Assembly: GCA_046327815.1 (NCBI GenBank)
Contig: JAXLXR010000001.1
Coordinates: 260,185-324,184 of the forward strand
Direction: 5' to 3'
From: Candidatus Eiseniibacteriota bacterium
Lineage (GTDB): Bacteria > Eisenbacteria > RBG-16-71-46
Length of the DNA stretch: 64,000 nucleotides
Shown: piece by piece, positions 51,522-60,763 of the stretch
How positions within the stretch are numbered: position 1 is the first letter of the stretch
Layout: the number at the start of each line of letters is the position of its first letter
Made by a program: the position numbers and the translations under genes
Notes under the pieces: generated by a model
The model's database searches: none
Told to the model about the DNA's origin: nothing
The model's input: only the letters and a program-made list of their open reading frames with translations

Positions 51522-53765
51522 ATGATCCGCCGCCTGTTCCTTCTCGCGATCTCGCTGTGCGCGTCGTTCGCCGCCGCCGCTCCTGCCGGAGCGACGGGGG
51601 CGTGGACGACCTACCTGCGGATGTTTTCGTGCAACGACCTCGTCGCCTCGCGCGACACGGTGTGGATGGCGTCGGCCGAAGCGGGCCTCGTCTACCAGGT
51701 CCGGAGCACGGGCGCGTTCGGTTCGTTCACCCGCGAGCCGGGCGGGCTCGCGAGCAACACGCTCAGCGCTCTCGCGTTCGACCGGTCCGGCCGGCTGTGG
51801 GCCGCGACGCCCGAAGTCGGCGTGAGCCGGCTTTCCGCGAACCGCGCCACGTGGGATCTGGTGAACGCGTTCGACGGGCTCCCGTCGGACACCGTGCACG
51901 TGCTGCGCGCCGAGGGCGACACACTGTGGATCGGAACCGAGCGCGGCATCGCACTGTGGGACGGTACGCAGATCGCCGGCTCCGTGCCGGACCTGGGCAC
52001 GCCGTCGCCGTTCCGCAGCAACGTGGTCACCGGCATCGTCGTCGTTCATGACTCGTTGTTCGTTTCCACCGCCGACGGCATCTACGTGGCCCGGCTGTCG
52101 CAGCAGCTCGCGACGTGGGCGAACGTGGACGGGGGACTGCTGTCCACGAACGTGCTGGCGCTGGCGTCGGACGGTCGCGAGGTGTTCGCGCTCGCCAACG
52201 GCACCACGTACCGCTGGAGCATGACGGCACACACGTGGGGAGTGGCCGCCGGCCAGGGCTCGGTGCGCAAGCTGCGCGACGGCTTCGGACGCATGTACTC
52301 GATTTCCGCCACCGGTATCTGGAAGTGGGTGACGAACCAGTGGGTGCTGGTGAGCGGGTCCCCGGTCGCGATCGGCAGCGAGGACGGCGGGCAGGAGTTC
52401 TCGGACGATCCGGATGGCGTGATCTTCTCGTTCGGGGCCGGGGTGCTCAAGCGCCAGGCGGCGCCGGACTGGACGACGGTGAAGCCGCCCGGGCCGGTCG
52501 GCAACAGCGTCCAGAACCTTCTCGTGGACGGTTCCCGCGTCTGGGTGAACACGTACGGTGAGGGCGTCGGCCGCTGGGACGGCGTGCAGTGGCGGAACTG
52601 GGATCCCACCGCGTGCGCCGCGACCTCGGACACGACGTTCGCGAACGCCGCGTTCGCGTTCACGCTGCTCCGGGACGCGTCCGGACACATCTGGACTTCG
52701 CACTGGGAGCAGGGCATCGAACGCATCGACGCCTCGGTGAGTCCGCCGCAGTTCGATCACGTGATCTCGACTTGCGGCCTGCCGGTCGGCGACACGCTCT
52801 GCCGCCACACCGACGGCTGGGCGTCCGCCGTGGACGCTTCGGGATTCGTCTACATCGGGGGCGACACCCCGGACCGCGGCTCGCTCGAGCCGATGGGCAT
52901 CGACGTGTACGCACCGAACGGATCGCCGGTGATCAACTGGAAGGCCCTCAATGCCGGGCTCGGCGACAACCAGGTGCGCGCCATCTCCGTGTCGAAGGAC
53001 AGCGTCATCTGGGTCGGCTTCGCGAACAATCGCGGCGTCAGCTGGGCGACGCTCGCCTCGACAGGACCCGGACGCCTCACGCTCCCGGCGTTCACATCGA
53101 TCCCCGAGCTGACGACGACGGACATCTTCGGCGTCGTCGCGCACGGGGATTCGATCTGGGTGCTGACGACGCAGAACCTCCGCCGCATCAGCCGCGTCAC
53201 GCGCACGCTCGTCTCCTCGCAGCTCGAGATTCCCGCGGGACCGGCCCCGCGCGGCGCGGTGCGGCCGCTCGACGTGGGGCCCGACGGTTCGGTGTGGGTG
53301 GGCACGACGGACGGCGTGCGGCACTTCAAGCGCGGTGGAGGCTACGAGGACTTCAAGACCTCGAACTCGCCGCTCGCGAACAACGAACTCCGCGCCGTGT
53401 GCGTGGACCCGGTCACGGGAGTGGTGTGGTTCGGCACGGCGGCGGGCATCAACCGCTTCGACCCGAACTACACGCCGCCCGCGCCGCCCGCGCTGTCGAA
53501 GCTCGAACTGCTGCTGTACCCGAACCCGCTGTCGCTCACGCGCATGGGGCTCGAACTGCGGCTGCGCGGCAACACCACCGCGTACACGGGCGAGATCCTC
53601 GACCTCGGCGGGCGCGTGGTGCGCACGTTCGCGGCGAGTGCGAACGACCGCGTGATCTGGGACGGCCGCGACTCGCGCGGCAAGCTCGTGCAGCCCGGGG
53701 TGTACTTCGTGCACGCGCGCGGCGGTGGCCGTGAGGGCATCGCGCGCGCCGTCGTGCTGCGCTGA
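51522..53765 (+). CDS. secreted beta-propeller protein (two-component-regulator-propeller/Reg_prop repeats) with T9SS/FlgD-Ig C-terminal sorting domain
   Basis: Signal peptide; repeated LWIGTERGIALWDG, VWVGTTDGVRHFK, VWFGTAAGINRFD motifs; C-terminal LYPNPL...IWDGRDSRGKLVQPGVYFVHA CTD. Confidence 0.75.
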   Translation: MIRRLFLLAISLCASFAAAAPAGATGAWTTYLRMFSCNDLVASRDTVWMASAEAGLVYQVRSTGAFGSFTREPGGLASNTLSALAFDRSGRLWAATPEVGVSRLSANRATWDLVNAFDGLPSDTVHVLRAEGDTLWIGTERGIALWDGTQIAGSVPDLGTPSPFRSNVVTGIVVVHDSLFVSTADGIYVARLSQQLATWANVDGGLLSTNVLALASDGREVFALANGTTYRWSMTAHTWGVAAGQGSVRKLRDGFGRMYSISATGIWKWVTNQWVLVSGSPVAIGSEDGGQEFSDDPDGVIFSFGAGVLKRQAAPDWTTVKPPGPVGNSVQNLLVDGSRVWVNTYGEGVGRWDGVQWRNWDPTACAATSDTTFANAAFAFTLLRDASGHIWTSHWEQGIERIDASVSPPQFDHVISTCGLPVGDTLCRHTDGWASAVDASGFVYIGGDTPDRGSLEPMGIDVYAPNGSPVINWKALNAGLGDNQVRAISVSKDSVIWVGFANNRGVSWATLASTGPGRLTLPAFTSIPELTTTDIFGVVAHGDSIWVLTTQNLRRISRVTRTLVSSQLEIPAGPAPRGAVRPLDVGPDGSVWVGTTDGVRHFKRGGGYEDFKTSNSPLANNELRAVCVDPVTGVVWFGTAAGINRFDPNYTPPAPPALSKLELLLYPNPLSLTRMGLELRLRGNTTAYTGEILDLGGRVVRTFAASANDRVIWDGRDSRGKLVQPGVYFVHARGGGREGIARAVVLR

Positions 53766-53782
53766 GCCGGGAGGAACCCGCG

Positions 53783-54823
53783 ATGCAGGCGCCGGCCGCG
53801 CGCGTACTCGACGCCGCGCCCGCGGAGTGGGCCGCGCTGCTCGCGGCCGACCCCGCGGCGGCGCCGTCGCACCGGCCCGAACTCTGGGCGGCCTTCACCG
53901 CGGTGTCGCCCGAACTCGCGCTGCGCGTCGTCGCGGTGGAGCGCGACGGCCGACTGATCGGTGGCGCGCCCGCGCTGCTCGAGCGCCGCGGCGGCCTGCA
54001 CCGCCTGCACGCGCTGCCCATGCTGCTCGCGGCGGCGCCGCTGGCGCTGCCCGGCATGCACGCGGAAGTGGACGCGGCCGTGGCCGGCGCGTTCGCCGCG
54101 CTGGCGCGCGAGCACGACGTCGTGGGCGGGGAGTGGGCGCTGCACCGCGCCACGGGGCCCGCGTTTTCCGCCGAGGCGCTCGCCCTGCTGCCCGGCGAGA
54201 CGCGCTGGCTCGAGGCGTCGGTCGTCACGCTCGAGCAGGGGCTCGACGCGGCCGCGAAGCGCATCGGCCGCAAGCACCGGCAGGCCATGCGCCAGACGCG
54301 CGACGCCGGGCTCGAGTGTTCGGTGGCGCCGCCAGGACCGGAAGCCGACGACGCGCTCGAGGCGGTGTACGCGCTGCACCTCGCGCAGTCGCGGCGCTGG
54401 GGCGGCCACCGTGCCCTGCCGTTGCCGCTTTCGCGCGCGCTGATCGCGCGCGGCGCCGCGCGGCTGTTCGAGGTGCGCCGCGGCGGCGAACGGCTCGCCG
54501 GGGCGCTCGCGCTCGACGGCGACCGCGAGACGTTCGTGTGGTGGAGCGGCACGCACGCCGCCGGCCGCCGGCTCGGCGCGTTCCCGCTGCTGCTGTGGGG
54601 CATCGTCGAATGGGCGGCCGCGGCCGGCCGCGCGCGCGTGAACCTGGGCGCGAGCACCGACCTCGCGAACGTCGCCTCGTTCAAGAGCGCGCTCGGCGCC
54701 GAAGCGCAGCGCTACCCGGTGCGCTGGCTGGCGCCGGTCGCGGCGACGCCCGTGGCCCGGTTGTTCGCGGCGCTGCAGGCGCGTGTGCGACGCGGGCGCG
54801 CGCGGGGCGAGGCCGAAGCATGA
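53783..54823 (+). CDS. FemAB/CelD-like GNAT acyltransferase
   Basis: 346 aa with acyl-CoA N-acyltransferase-type C-terminal half (ETFVWWSGTHAAGRRLGAFPLLLWGIVEWAA). Confidence 0.55.
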   Translation: MQAPAARVLDAAPAEWAALLAADPAAAPSHRPELWAAFTAVSPELALRVVAVERDGRLIGGAPALLERRGGLHRLHALPMLLAAAPLALPGMHAEVDAAVAGAFAALAREHDVVGGEWALHRATGPAFSAEALALLPGETRWLEASVVTLEQGLDAAAKRIGRKHRQAMRQTRDAGLECSVAPPGPEADDALEAVYALHLAQSRRWGGHRALPLPLSRALIARGAARLFEVRRGGERLAGALALDGDRETFVWWSGTHAAGRRLGAFPLLLWGIVEWAAAAGRARVNLGASTDLANVASFKSALGAEAQRYPVRWLAPVAATPVARLFAALQARVRRGRARGEAEA

Positions 54824-55902
54824 GGATCGCGACGCTCTCGAACGCCTCGGTCGTGCACACCGTGCGCTGGGTCGAACACCTGCGCGCGCGCGGGCACGAG
54901 GTGCGCGTGTGGTCGCTCGAGCCCGGGCCCGAGTCGCTCGGTGTGCACCGCCTGCCCGAGCCGCCGCTGCCCGGGTTCGTGCGCTACCCGCTCGCCACGC
55001 TGCCGCTGCTGTGCGAACTGCGCGCGTTCGCGCCGGACGTGGTGGACGCGCACTACGTACCCAACTACGGCGTGATCGGCGCACTGTCGGGATTCCGGCC
55101 GCTGTCGGTGGCCGCGTGGGGGAGCGACCTGCTGGTGGCCGGGCCGCGCGACGTGCTGCAGCGTGCGCGTGCGCGCTTCGTGCTGCGCCGCGCCGACCTC
55201 GTGATCGCGGACAGCGGCAACCTGGCCGCGGCCGCGCTGGCGCTGGGAGCGCCGCGCCGCACGCTGCGCGCGATCCCGTGGGGCGTAGACCGCGAGCGCT
55301 TCGCGCCCGCGCCCGAGCGCGAACGCGGGCTGCTGCTGTCCACGCGCATGCACGAGCACGTCTACGACATTCCCACGCTGCTGCGCGGCGTCGCGCCGGT
55401 CATGGCGAGGCGTCCCGAGACCCGGCTCGTGATCGCCGGCGACGGCTCGCTGCTCGACGCGCACCGCGCGCTCGCGGCCGAACTGCTGCCCGCCGGGCGC
55501 GTCGAATGCACCGGGCGCATCACGCCGGCCACGCTCGCGGGGCTGTTGTCGCGCGCCGAGGTCTACCTGTCGGCTTCGTTGTCCGATTCCACGTCGCTGT
55601 CGCTGCTCGAGGCCATGGCCGCCGGAGCGATTCCCGTGGTGAGCGACATCGAGGGCAACCGCGAGTGGGTCGCCGACGGCGACGGCGCGCGGCTGTTCGC
55701 GTGCGGTGATGCCGCGGGCGTGGAACGTGCGCTCGAAGCGGCGCTCGGCGAGCCGGCGTGGGCCGCCGCGGCGCGCGCGCGCAACGCCGCCGTGATCGCC
55801 GAACGCGGCGACTGGCACGCGAACTTCGCGCGCATCGAGCGCGCGTTCGAGGCGCTCGCGGCGGGACGGCCGCTGCCGCCCGATCCGGGAGCGTTCGCGT
55901 GA
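54820..55902 (+). CDS. glycosyltransferase family 4
   Basis: SLSLLEAMAAGAIPVVSDIEGNREWV donor-binding motif. Confidence 0.8.
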   Translation: MRIATLSNASVVHTVRWVEHLRARGHEVRVWSLEPGPESLGVHRLPEPPLPGFVRYPLATLPLLCELRAFAPDVVDAHYVPNYGVIGALSGFRPLSVAAWGSDLLVAGPRDVLQRARARFVLRRADLVIADSGNLAAAALALGAPRRTLRAIPWGVDRERFAPAPERERGLLLSTRMHEHVYDIPTLLRGVAPVMARRPETRLVIAGDGSLLDAHRALAAELLPAGRVECTGRITPATLAGLLSRAEVYLSASLSDSTSLSLLEAMAAGAIPVVSDIEGNREWVADGDGARLFACGDAAGVERALEAALGEPAWAAAARARNAAVIAERGDWHANFARIERAFEALAAGRPLPPDPGAFA

Positions 55903-57203
55903 ACCGCCGACTGCTCGTGCTCGCGTACTTCTTCCCGCCGCTCGCCGGCGGCGGCGTGCACCGCGCGCTCGCGTTCACGCGCCACCTGCCCGAGCACGGC
56001 TGGGACTGCACGGTGATCTGTGCGGGCGAGGACGACTACTGGGTGCGCGACGAGTCGCTGCGCGCCCGCGTGGATCCGCGCACCGAAGTGATCCGCGTGA
56101 GCGGGGGCAGCGCCCTGTCCGCGTTGCTGCGCGCGCGCGGCGGGACGGCCGCCGCCGGGCGGCGCAGTGGCGGCTGGTTCGCGCCGTTGCGCGCGGCGTC
56201 GGACTGGTGGCTGCTGCCCGACTCCTACGCCGGCTGGGCGAAGCGCGCCGAGCAGGCCGCGGCGGCGCGGCTCGCGGCCGGCGGCGTGGACGCGCTGCTC
56301 ACGACCTCGCCGCCCGACAGCGTGCACCTCGCGGGCGCGTCGCTCGCGCGCCGGTTCCGGGTGCCGTGGATCGTGGACTACCGCGATCCGTGGATCGGGC
56401 TGTACTTCCGGACGCCGCCCACGCCGTGGCACCGCGCACGTCACCGCGCGATGGAGCGCCGCGTGAACGAGGGCGCGAACCTCGTGCTCGCCGCGTCGCA
56501 CACGCACGAGGCGCAGCTGCGCGCGAGCGGCGACCGCCTGCGCGCCCTCGAGTGGCTGCCGAACGGCTTCGAGCCCGCGGCCGGCGTCGCGGCCACGGTG
56601 ACGGCGGATGACGCGGCGAAGTTCCGGCTCGTGTTCACCGGTACGCTTTCGCTGATGCCCGACGCGCTCACGCTGCTCGAGGCGCTGCGCGCGTTCCTCG
56701 CGCGCGTGCCCGACGCGCGTGCGGCGCTCGATGTGGTGCTCGCCGGGCCGTACGACACCACGTACGAGGCGCGTGCCACGGCGCTCGGGCTCGGCGGCGT
56801 GGTGCGGTTCCCGGGCGCGCTCGCGCACGCCGAGGCGCGCGCGTTGCAGCGTTCCGCCGACGCGCTGCTGCTGTGGAAGCCGCCGGGCGAGGGCTACGCC
56901 ACGATGGTGCCGGGCAAGCTCTACGAGTACCTCGACGCCGGGCGGCCGATCGTCGCGCTCGTCCCCGAAGGCGACGAGGCCGGCGACCTCGTGCGCCGCG
57001 CGGGCGGCGCCGTGCTGCCCCCGGGAGACCCCGGCGCACTGGCGCGCGAACTCGAAACGCGGTACATGGCATGGCACCGGACGGGCCGCGCAGCGGACGC
57101 GCGCCCCGGCTGGCTCGACGCGCACGCCCGGCCGGCGCTGGCCGCGCGGCTCGCCGCACTCCTCGATGGGCTCACCGGAGGGAACCCGTGGTCCTCACGC
57201 TGA
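55899..57203 (+). CDS. glycosyltransferase family 4
   Basis: LLVLAYFFPPLAGGGV N-terminus; PGKLYEYLDAGRPIVAL C-terminal motif; GTGA overlap. Confidence 0.75.
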   Translation: MNRRLLVLAYFFPPLAGGGVHRALAFTRHLPEHGWDCTVICAGEDDYWVRDESLRARVDPRTEVIRVSGGSALSALLRARGGTAAAGRRSGGWFAPLRAASDWWLLPDSYAGWAKRAEQAAAARLAAGGVDALLTTSPPDSVHLAGASLARRFRVPWIVDYRDPWIGLYFRTPPTPWHRARHRAMERRVNEGANLVLAASHTHEAQLRASGDRLRALEWLPNGFEPAAGVAATVTADDAAKFRLVFTGTLSLMPDALTLLEALRAFLARVPDARAALDVVLAGPYDTTYEARATALGLGGVVRFPGALAHAEARALQRSADALLLWKPPGEGYATMVPGKLYEYLDAGRPIVALVPEGDEAGDLVRRAGGAVLPPGDPGALARELETRYMAWHRTGRAADARPGWLDAHARPALAARLAALLDGLTGGNPWSSR

Positions 57204-58738
57204 ACGGACCGGTCACGAAGGTCGAACGCGTCGGCCTGGCCGTCGCACTGGTGCTCGCGTTCGCGCTCATGTGGCCCGTGCGCCACTACCTGACGGACGA
57301 CACGTTCATCCACCTGCAGTACGCGAAGCATCTGGCGGCGGGGCAGGGCTTCGTGTTCAACGTGGGCGAGCACGTCTACGGCAGCACGAGTCCGCTGTGG
57401 GTGGCGCTGATCGCCGACGGCATGGCGCTCGGGCTCGACGGCCTCTGGACCGCGCGCGTGCTGGGCGGCATCGCCACGCTGTGGTCGGTGGTGCTGTTCT
57501 TCCAGCTCATGCGGCGCAACCTGCGCATGCCCGAACTGCGCGCGCTCGCCACGATCACGTGGGCCTGCCACGCGTGGATGATCCGCTGGTCGCTCTCCGG
57601 CATGGAGACGCCGCTCGCCGTGGCGCTCGTGCTCGCCGGGTTCGTGGCGTTCACCGAGGGCAAGCAGTGGGGCTCGCGCCCGGTGCGCACCGGCGCGCTG
57701 TGGGCCCTGGCGGCGCTCACCCGGCCCGAGGCGGTGTTCCTGCTCGTGCTGTGGGGCATGTTCCTGGTCGTGGACACCGACTCGCGCGAAGGCGTGCGGC
57801 GGCTGATCGCGGGCGTGATCCCGCCGGCGCTCATCTACGGCGGCTGGCTGCTGTTCTCGCGCCTGTACTTCGGCACCTTCTGGCCGAACACGCTCGCGGC
57901 GAAGACGGCGGGCGGGATCGGGCTCGCGTACTTCCTCGACACGCTGATGCGGCAGGTGAAGATCATCGGCGCCACCGACGCCGCGCTCGCCGGCGCGATG
58001 GTGGCCGCCATGGTGTTCGGCGGGACGCGGCTGTGGCCGCGGCGCATGATCGCGCAGCGCTTCCTGCCGTGGGTCTGGGTCGCGGTGGTGCCGGCGCTGT
58101 ACGTGATGCGCGGTGTGCCGGTGCTGTCGCGCTACCTCGTACCGCTCATGCCCGTGCTCGCGTGGCTCGCGTGGCGCGCCGTCGAACGCTGGTGGGCGGG
58201 CGAGGAGCCCGCGCCCGAACTGCGGCGCGGCGCTGCGCTGCTCGGCATCGGGCTCGCGTCGCTGGCGCTCGTGCAGAACCTGCTCGTCTACAACAACGTC
58301 GTGCTGCCGCAGGTGCGCTCGTTCAGCGCCGGGCTGCGGCAGAGCCTGATTCCGTGGGGCGAGTGGTTCGACCAGCACACGAAGCCCGGGGTGTCGATCG
58401 CGGCGCCGGACATCGGCGCGCTCGGGTTCTACGCGAACCGCCGCGTCGTGGACCTGGCTGGACTGGTGACGCCGGGCATCGTGCCGCTGCTCGAACGCGA
58501 GCAGCCCGAGGATCTCGTCGCCAACTTCTCGTTCGCGAGCGTCGCGCGGCCCGACTTCCTCGTGGATCGCTCGACCCGCGCGTACGACCTGCTCTCGCGC
58601 AGCCGCTGGTCGGCCGCGCTGGTGCCGCTCGGCAACGCCGCGGTGCCGAACCTCGGCGTGGCGCGGCCGGGTTCCGCCGTCTACTCGTTCTACCGGGTGG
58701 ACTGGGCGGCCTACGACTCGCTCGCCGCGACGCGCTGA
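57188..58738 (+). CDS. polytopic membrane protein, probable GT-C glycosyltransferase/polymerase
   Basis: ~11 TM segments; N-terminal loop with conserved DD (YLTDDTF); overlaps preceding GT4 by 16 nt. Confidence 0.45.
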   Translation: MVLTLNGPVTKVERVGLAVALVLAFALMWPVRHYLTDDTFIHLQYAKHLAAGQGFVFNVGEHVYGSTSPLWVALIADGMALGLDGLWTARVLGGIATLWSVVLFFQLMRRNLRMPELRALATITWACHAWMIRWSLSGMETPLAVALVLAGFVAFTEGKQWGSRPVRTGALWALAALTRPEAVFLLVLWGMFLVVDTDSREGVRRLIAGVIPPALIYGGWLLFSRLYFGTFWPNTLAAKTAGGIGLAYFLDTLMRQVKIIGATDAALAGAMVAAMVFGGTRLWPRRMIAQRFLPWVWVAVVPALYVMRGVPVLSRYLVPLMPVLAWLAWRAVERWWAGEEPAPELRRGAALLGIGLASLALVQNLLVYNNVVLPQVRSFSAGLRQSLIPWGEWFDQHTKPGVSIAAPDIGALGFYANRRVVDLAGLVTPGIVPLLEREQPEDLVANFSFASVARPDFLVDRSTRAYDLLSRSRWSAALVPLGNAAVPNLGVARPGSAVYSFYRVDWAAYDSLAATR

Positions 58739-58881
58739 CCCCGGCGGGCGCCACCGCCCGCGACGAAACGGGGGAGCGGGCGAGTGACGCGTGGTGCACG
58801 TGCGTGCACCTATACGATTTCCGTCGCCCAGTCCATTTTTTTCTTTGGTCCTTTCACGCCGCAGGCGTACATTGCGGCGCG

Positions 58882-58926
58882 GTGGTGATTTTTGGGGGAA
58901 CGGGGGGAAACCGGGTGACCGGTGGA
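58882..58926 (+). promoter_or_regulatory. candidate MraZ-binding direct repeats (dcw cluster promoter)
   Basis: GTGGTgatttt-TGGGGgaacg-GGGGGaaacc-GGGTGaccgg-TGGAG: G-rich pentamers at 10-bp periodicity immediately upstream of mraZ. Confidence 0.55.
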
Positions 58927-58945
58927 GCCTCAGGGAGCGAGGACC

Positions 58946-59398
58946 ATGGCGACGTTCTACGGCACCGCGAACTACTCGATCGACGACAAGGGACGACTCG
59001 TCGTTCCGTCGTCGCTGCGAGAGGTGCCCGGCCGCAAGACTCCTCTTTCCTCCTTCGTGCTCGTCGGCGGGCTGGACGGCTGTCTCTGGCTCTACGCCGA
59101 AGAGGACTGGATGCATTTCGAGGAACGCCTTCGGAAGCTTTCGATGGGCACGAAGAAGCAGCGCGACTTCGCGCGTGCGTTCCTCGTCGGAGCCAGCAAG
59201 GTGGCGGTGGACAAGCAGGGACGCATCTCGATTCCATCGTCGCTCATGGGCCGTGCAGGCCTCGGCAAGGAAGCCGTCCTGCACGGCCAGGTTGGACGCA
59301 TCGAAATCTGGTCGCCGGAGAAGTTCGCGGAATCGGTGACCCCCGCGCAGGACCAGCTCGACGCACTCGCCGAAGAAGTGCTTGGGGACCTGAACTGA
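58946..59398 (+). CDS. mraZ: division/cell wall cluster transcriptional regulator MraZ
   Basis: Duplicated MraZ halves with DDKGRLVVPSSLR and DKQGRISIPSSLM motifs. Confidence 0.93.
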   Translation: MATFYGTANYSIDDKGRLVVPSSLREVPGRKTPLSSFVLVGGLDGCLWLYAEEDWMHFEERLRKLSMGTKKQRDFARAFLVGASKVAVDKQGRISIPSSLMGRAGLGKEAVLHGQVGRIEIWSPEKFAESVTPAQDQLDALAEEVLGDLN

Positions 59399-59856
59399 TG
59401 GTCGCTCCGCTCGCCACGCTCGCCGGCACCCGCACGATGGCCGTGAACCTCCAGTTCACGCGCGGTCGTCACGGCGCCGCCGCGCGCATCGAGCTGCACG
59501 ACCGTCCGTCGGGCCGCTTCGCGGTGCTCGCGGTGCGCGGCTGGATCGACCTTTCGGCGGAACGCCGGCTCGAGCAGGCGCTCGACGACCTCGCCGGCCG
59601 CGGCGTCACGCAGCTGCTCGTGGACTGCTCGCAGCTCCGCCACATCGACTACCGCATGGTGCCGCGTCTCGTCGCCGCGCTGCAGCGCTTCGAGTCGCGC
59701 GCCGGTGCCTACGCGCTCTGCGGGCTGAGCCGCTACCTGCGCGACCTGTTCCGCCTCGCCGGCTGCGACGCGCACCTGCGCGCGTGGCCCAGCGCCGCGG
59801 ACGTGCTCGCGGACCGGGCGGGCGTCGCGGGAGTGCACGGTGGAAGTGCGTCATGA
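59398..59856 (+). CDS. STAS-domain (SpoIIAA-like anti-sigma-factor-antagonist fold) protein, non-phosphorylatable variant
   Basis: FAVLAVRGWIDLSAERRLEQALDDL...LLVDCSQLRHIDYRMVPRLV matches the STAS pattern but lacks the DSSG phosphoserine motif; ATG overlaps mraZ stop, 3' end overlaps rsmH start. Confidence 0.6.
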   Translation: MVAPLATLAGTRTMAVNLQFTRGRHGAAARIELHDRPSGRFAVLAVRGWIDLSAERRLEQALDDLAGRGVTQLLVDCSQLRHIDYRMVPRLVAALQRFESRAGAYALCGLSRYLRDLFRLAGCDAHLRAWPSAADVLADRAGVAGVHGGSAS

Positions 59857-60763
59857 GCCGGTCCTGCTGCGTGAGACGCTCGGCTTCCTGCTCGGCGGCG
59901 CGGGGTGGTACCTCGACGCGACGCTCGGCGACGGCGGTCACGCGTCCGCACTGCTCGACGCCGAACCCGGCGCCCGGCTGCTCGGCAACGACCGCGACCT
60001 CGGCTCGCTCGACTTCGCGCGCGCACGGCTGGCGCGCTTCGGTGATCGCGTGACGTTCCGGCACGGCACCTTCGCGACGCTGCCCGAGGCGCACCGCGCC
60101 GCCGGCGGCGAGCTGTTCGCGGGGGCGCTGTTCGACTTCGGGCTCTCGTCGCGCCAGATCGACGATCCGTCGCGCGGCATCAGCTTCATGCACGACGCGC
60201 CGCTCGACCAGCGCCTCGACCGTTCGAACGGCCGGCCGCTGCACGAGTGCCTCGCGACGGCCGACGAGGAGGAAGTGGCGCGGGCACTGCGCGAGTACGG
60301 CGACGTACGCGGCGCGGGGCGGCTCGCGCGCGCGATCGTGGCCGCGGCGCGTGCGGGCGAGCTCGCGACGACGCGCGAACTCGCGGCGCTGGTGGGACGC
60401 GTGACGGGCGAGGCCCGTCCGAAGGCGCTGGCGCCGGTGTTCCAGGCGCTGCGCATCTGGGTGAACGACGAGCTCGGCGACATCGACGCCGCGCTCGCCT
60501 GGCTGCCGTCCGCGATGCGCGACGGCGGTGTGGTCGTGACGCTGTCGTACCACTCCGGCGAGGACCGCCGGGTGAAGCACGCGCTGCGAGGCGAACCGCG
60601 CGTGAGTGTCTCGCGCCGCCTGCCGGTCATGGACGACTCGGCGGCGGCGAGTCCTTGGGAGGAGCTGACACGCAAGGTCGTCATCCCCTCGATCGAAGAG
60701 CAGGAGTCGAACCCGCGCGCACGAAGCGCGCGGCTCAGGGCATTCCGGAGGAAGCCGCGATGA
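59840..60763 (+). CDS. rsmH: 16S rRNA (cytosine1402-N4)-methyltransferase
   Basis: HEPVLLRE N-terminus, DATLGDGGH and FDFGLSSRQIDD motifs; GTG start. Confidence 0.92.
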   Translation: MEVRHEPVLLRETLGFLLGGAGWYLDATLGDGGHASALLDAEPGARLLGNDRDLGSLDFARARLARFGDRVTFRHGTFATLPEAHRAAGGELFAGALFDFGLSSRQIDDPSRGISFMHDAPLDQRLDRSNGRPLHECLATADEEEVARALREYGDVRGAGRLARAIVAAARAGELATTRELAALVGRVTGEARPKALAPVFQALRIWVNDELGDIDAALAWLPSAMRDGGVVVTLSYHSGEDRRVKHALRGEPRVSVSRRLPVMDDSAAASPWEELTRKVVIPSIEEQESNPRARSARLRAFRRKPR

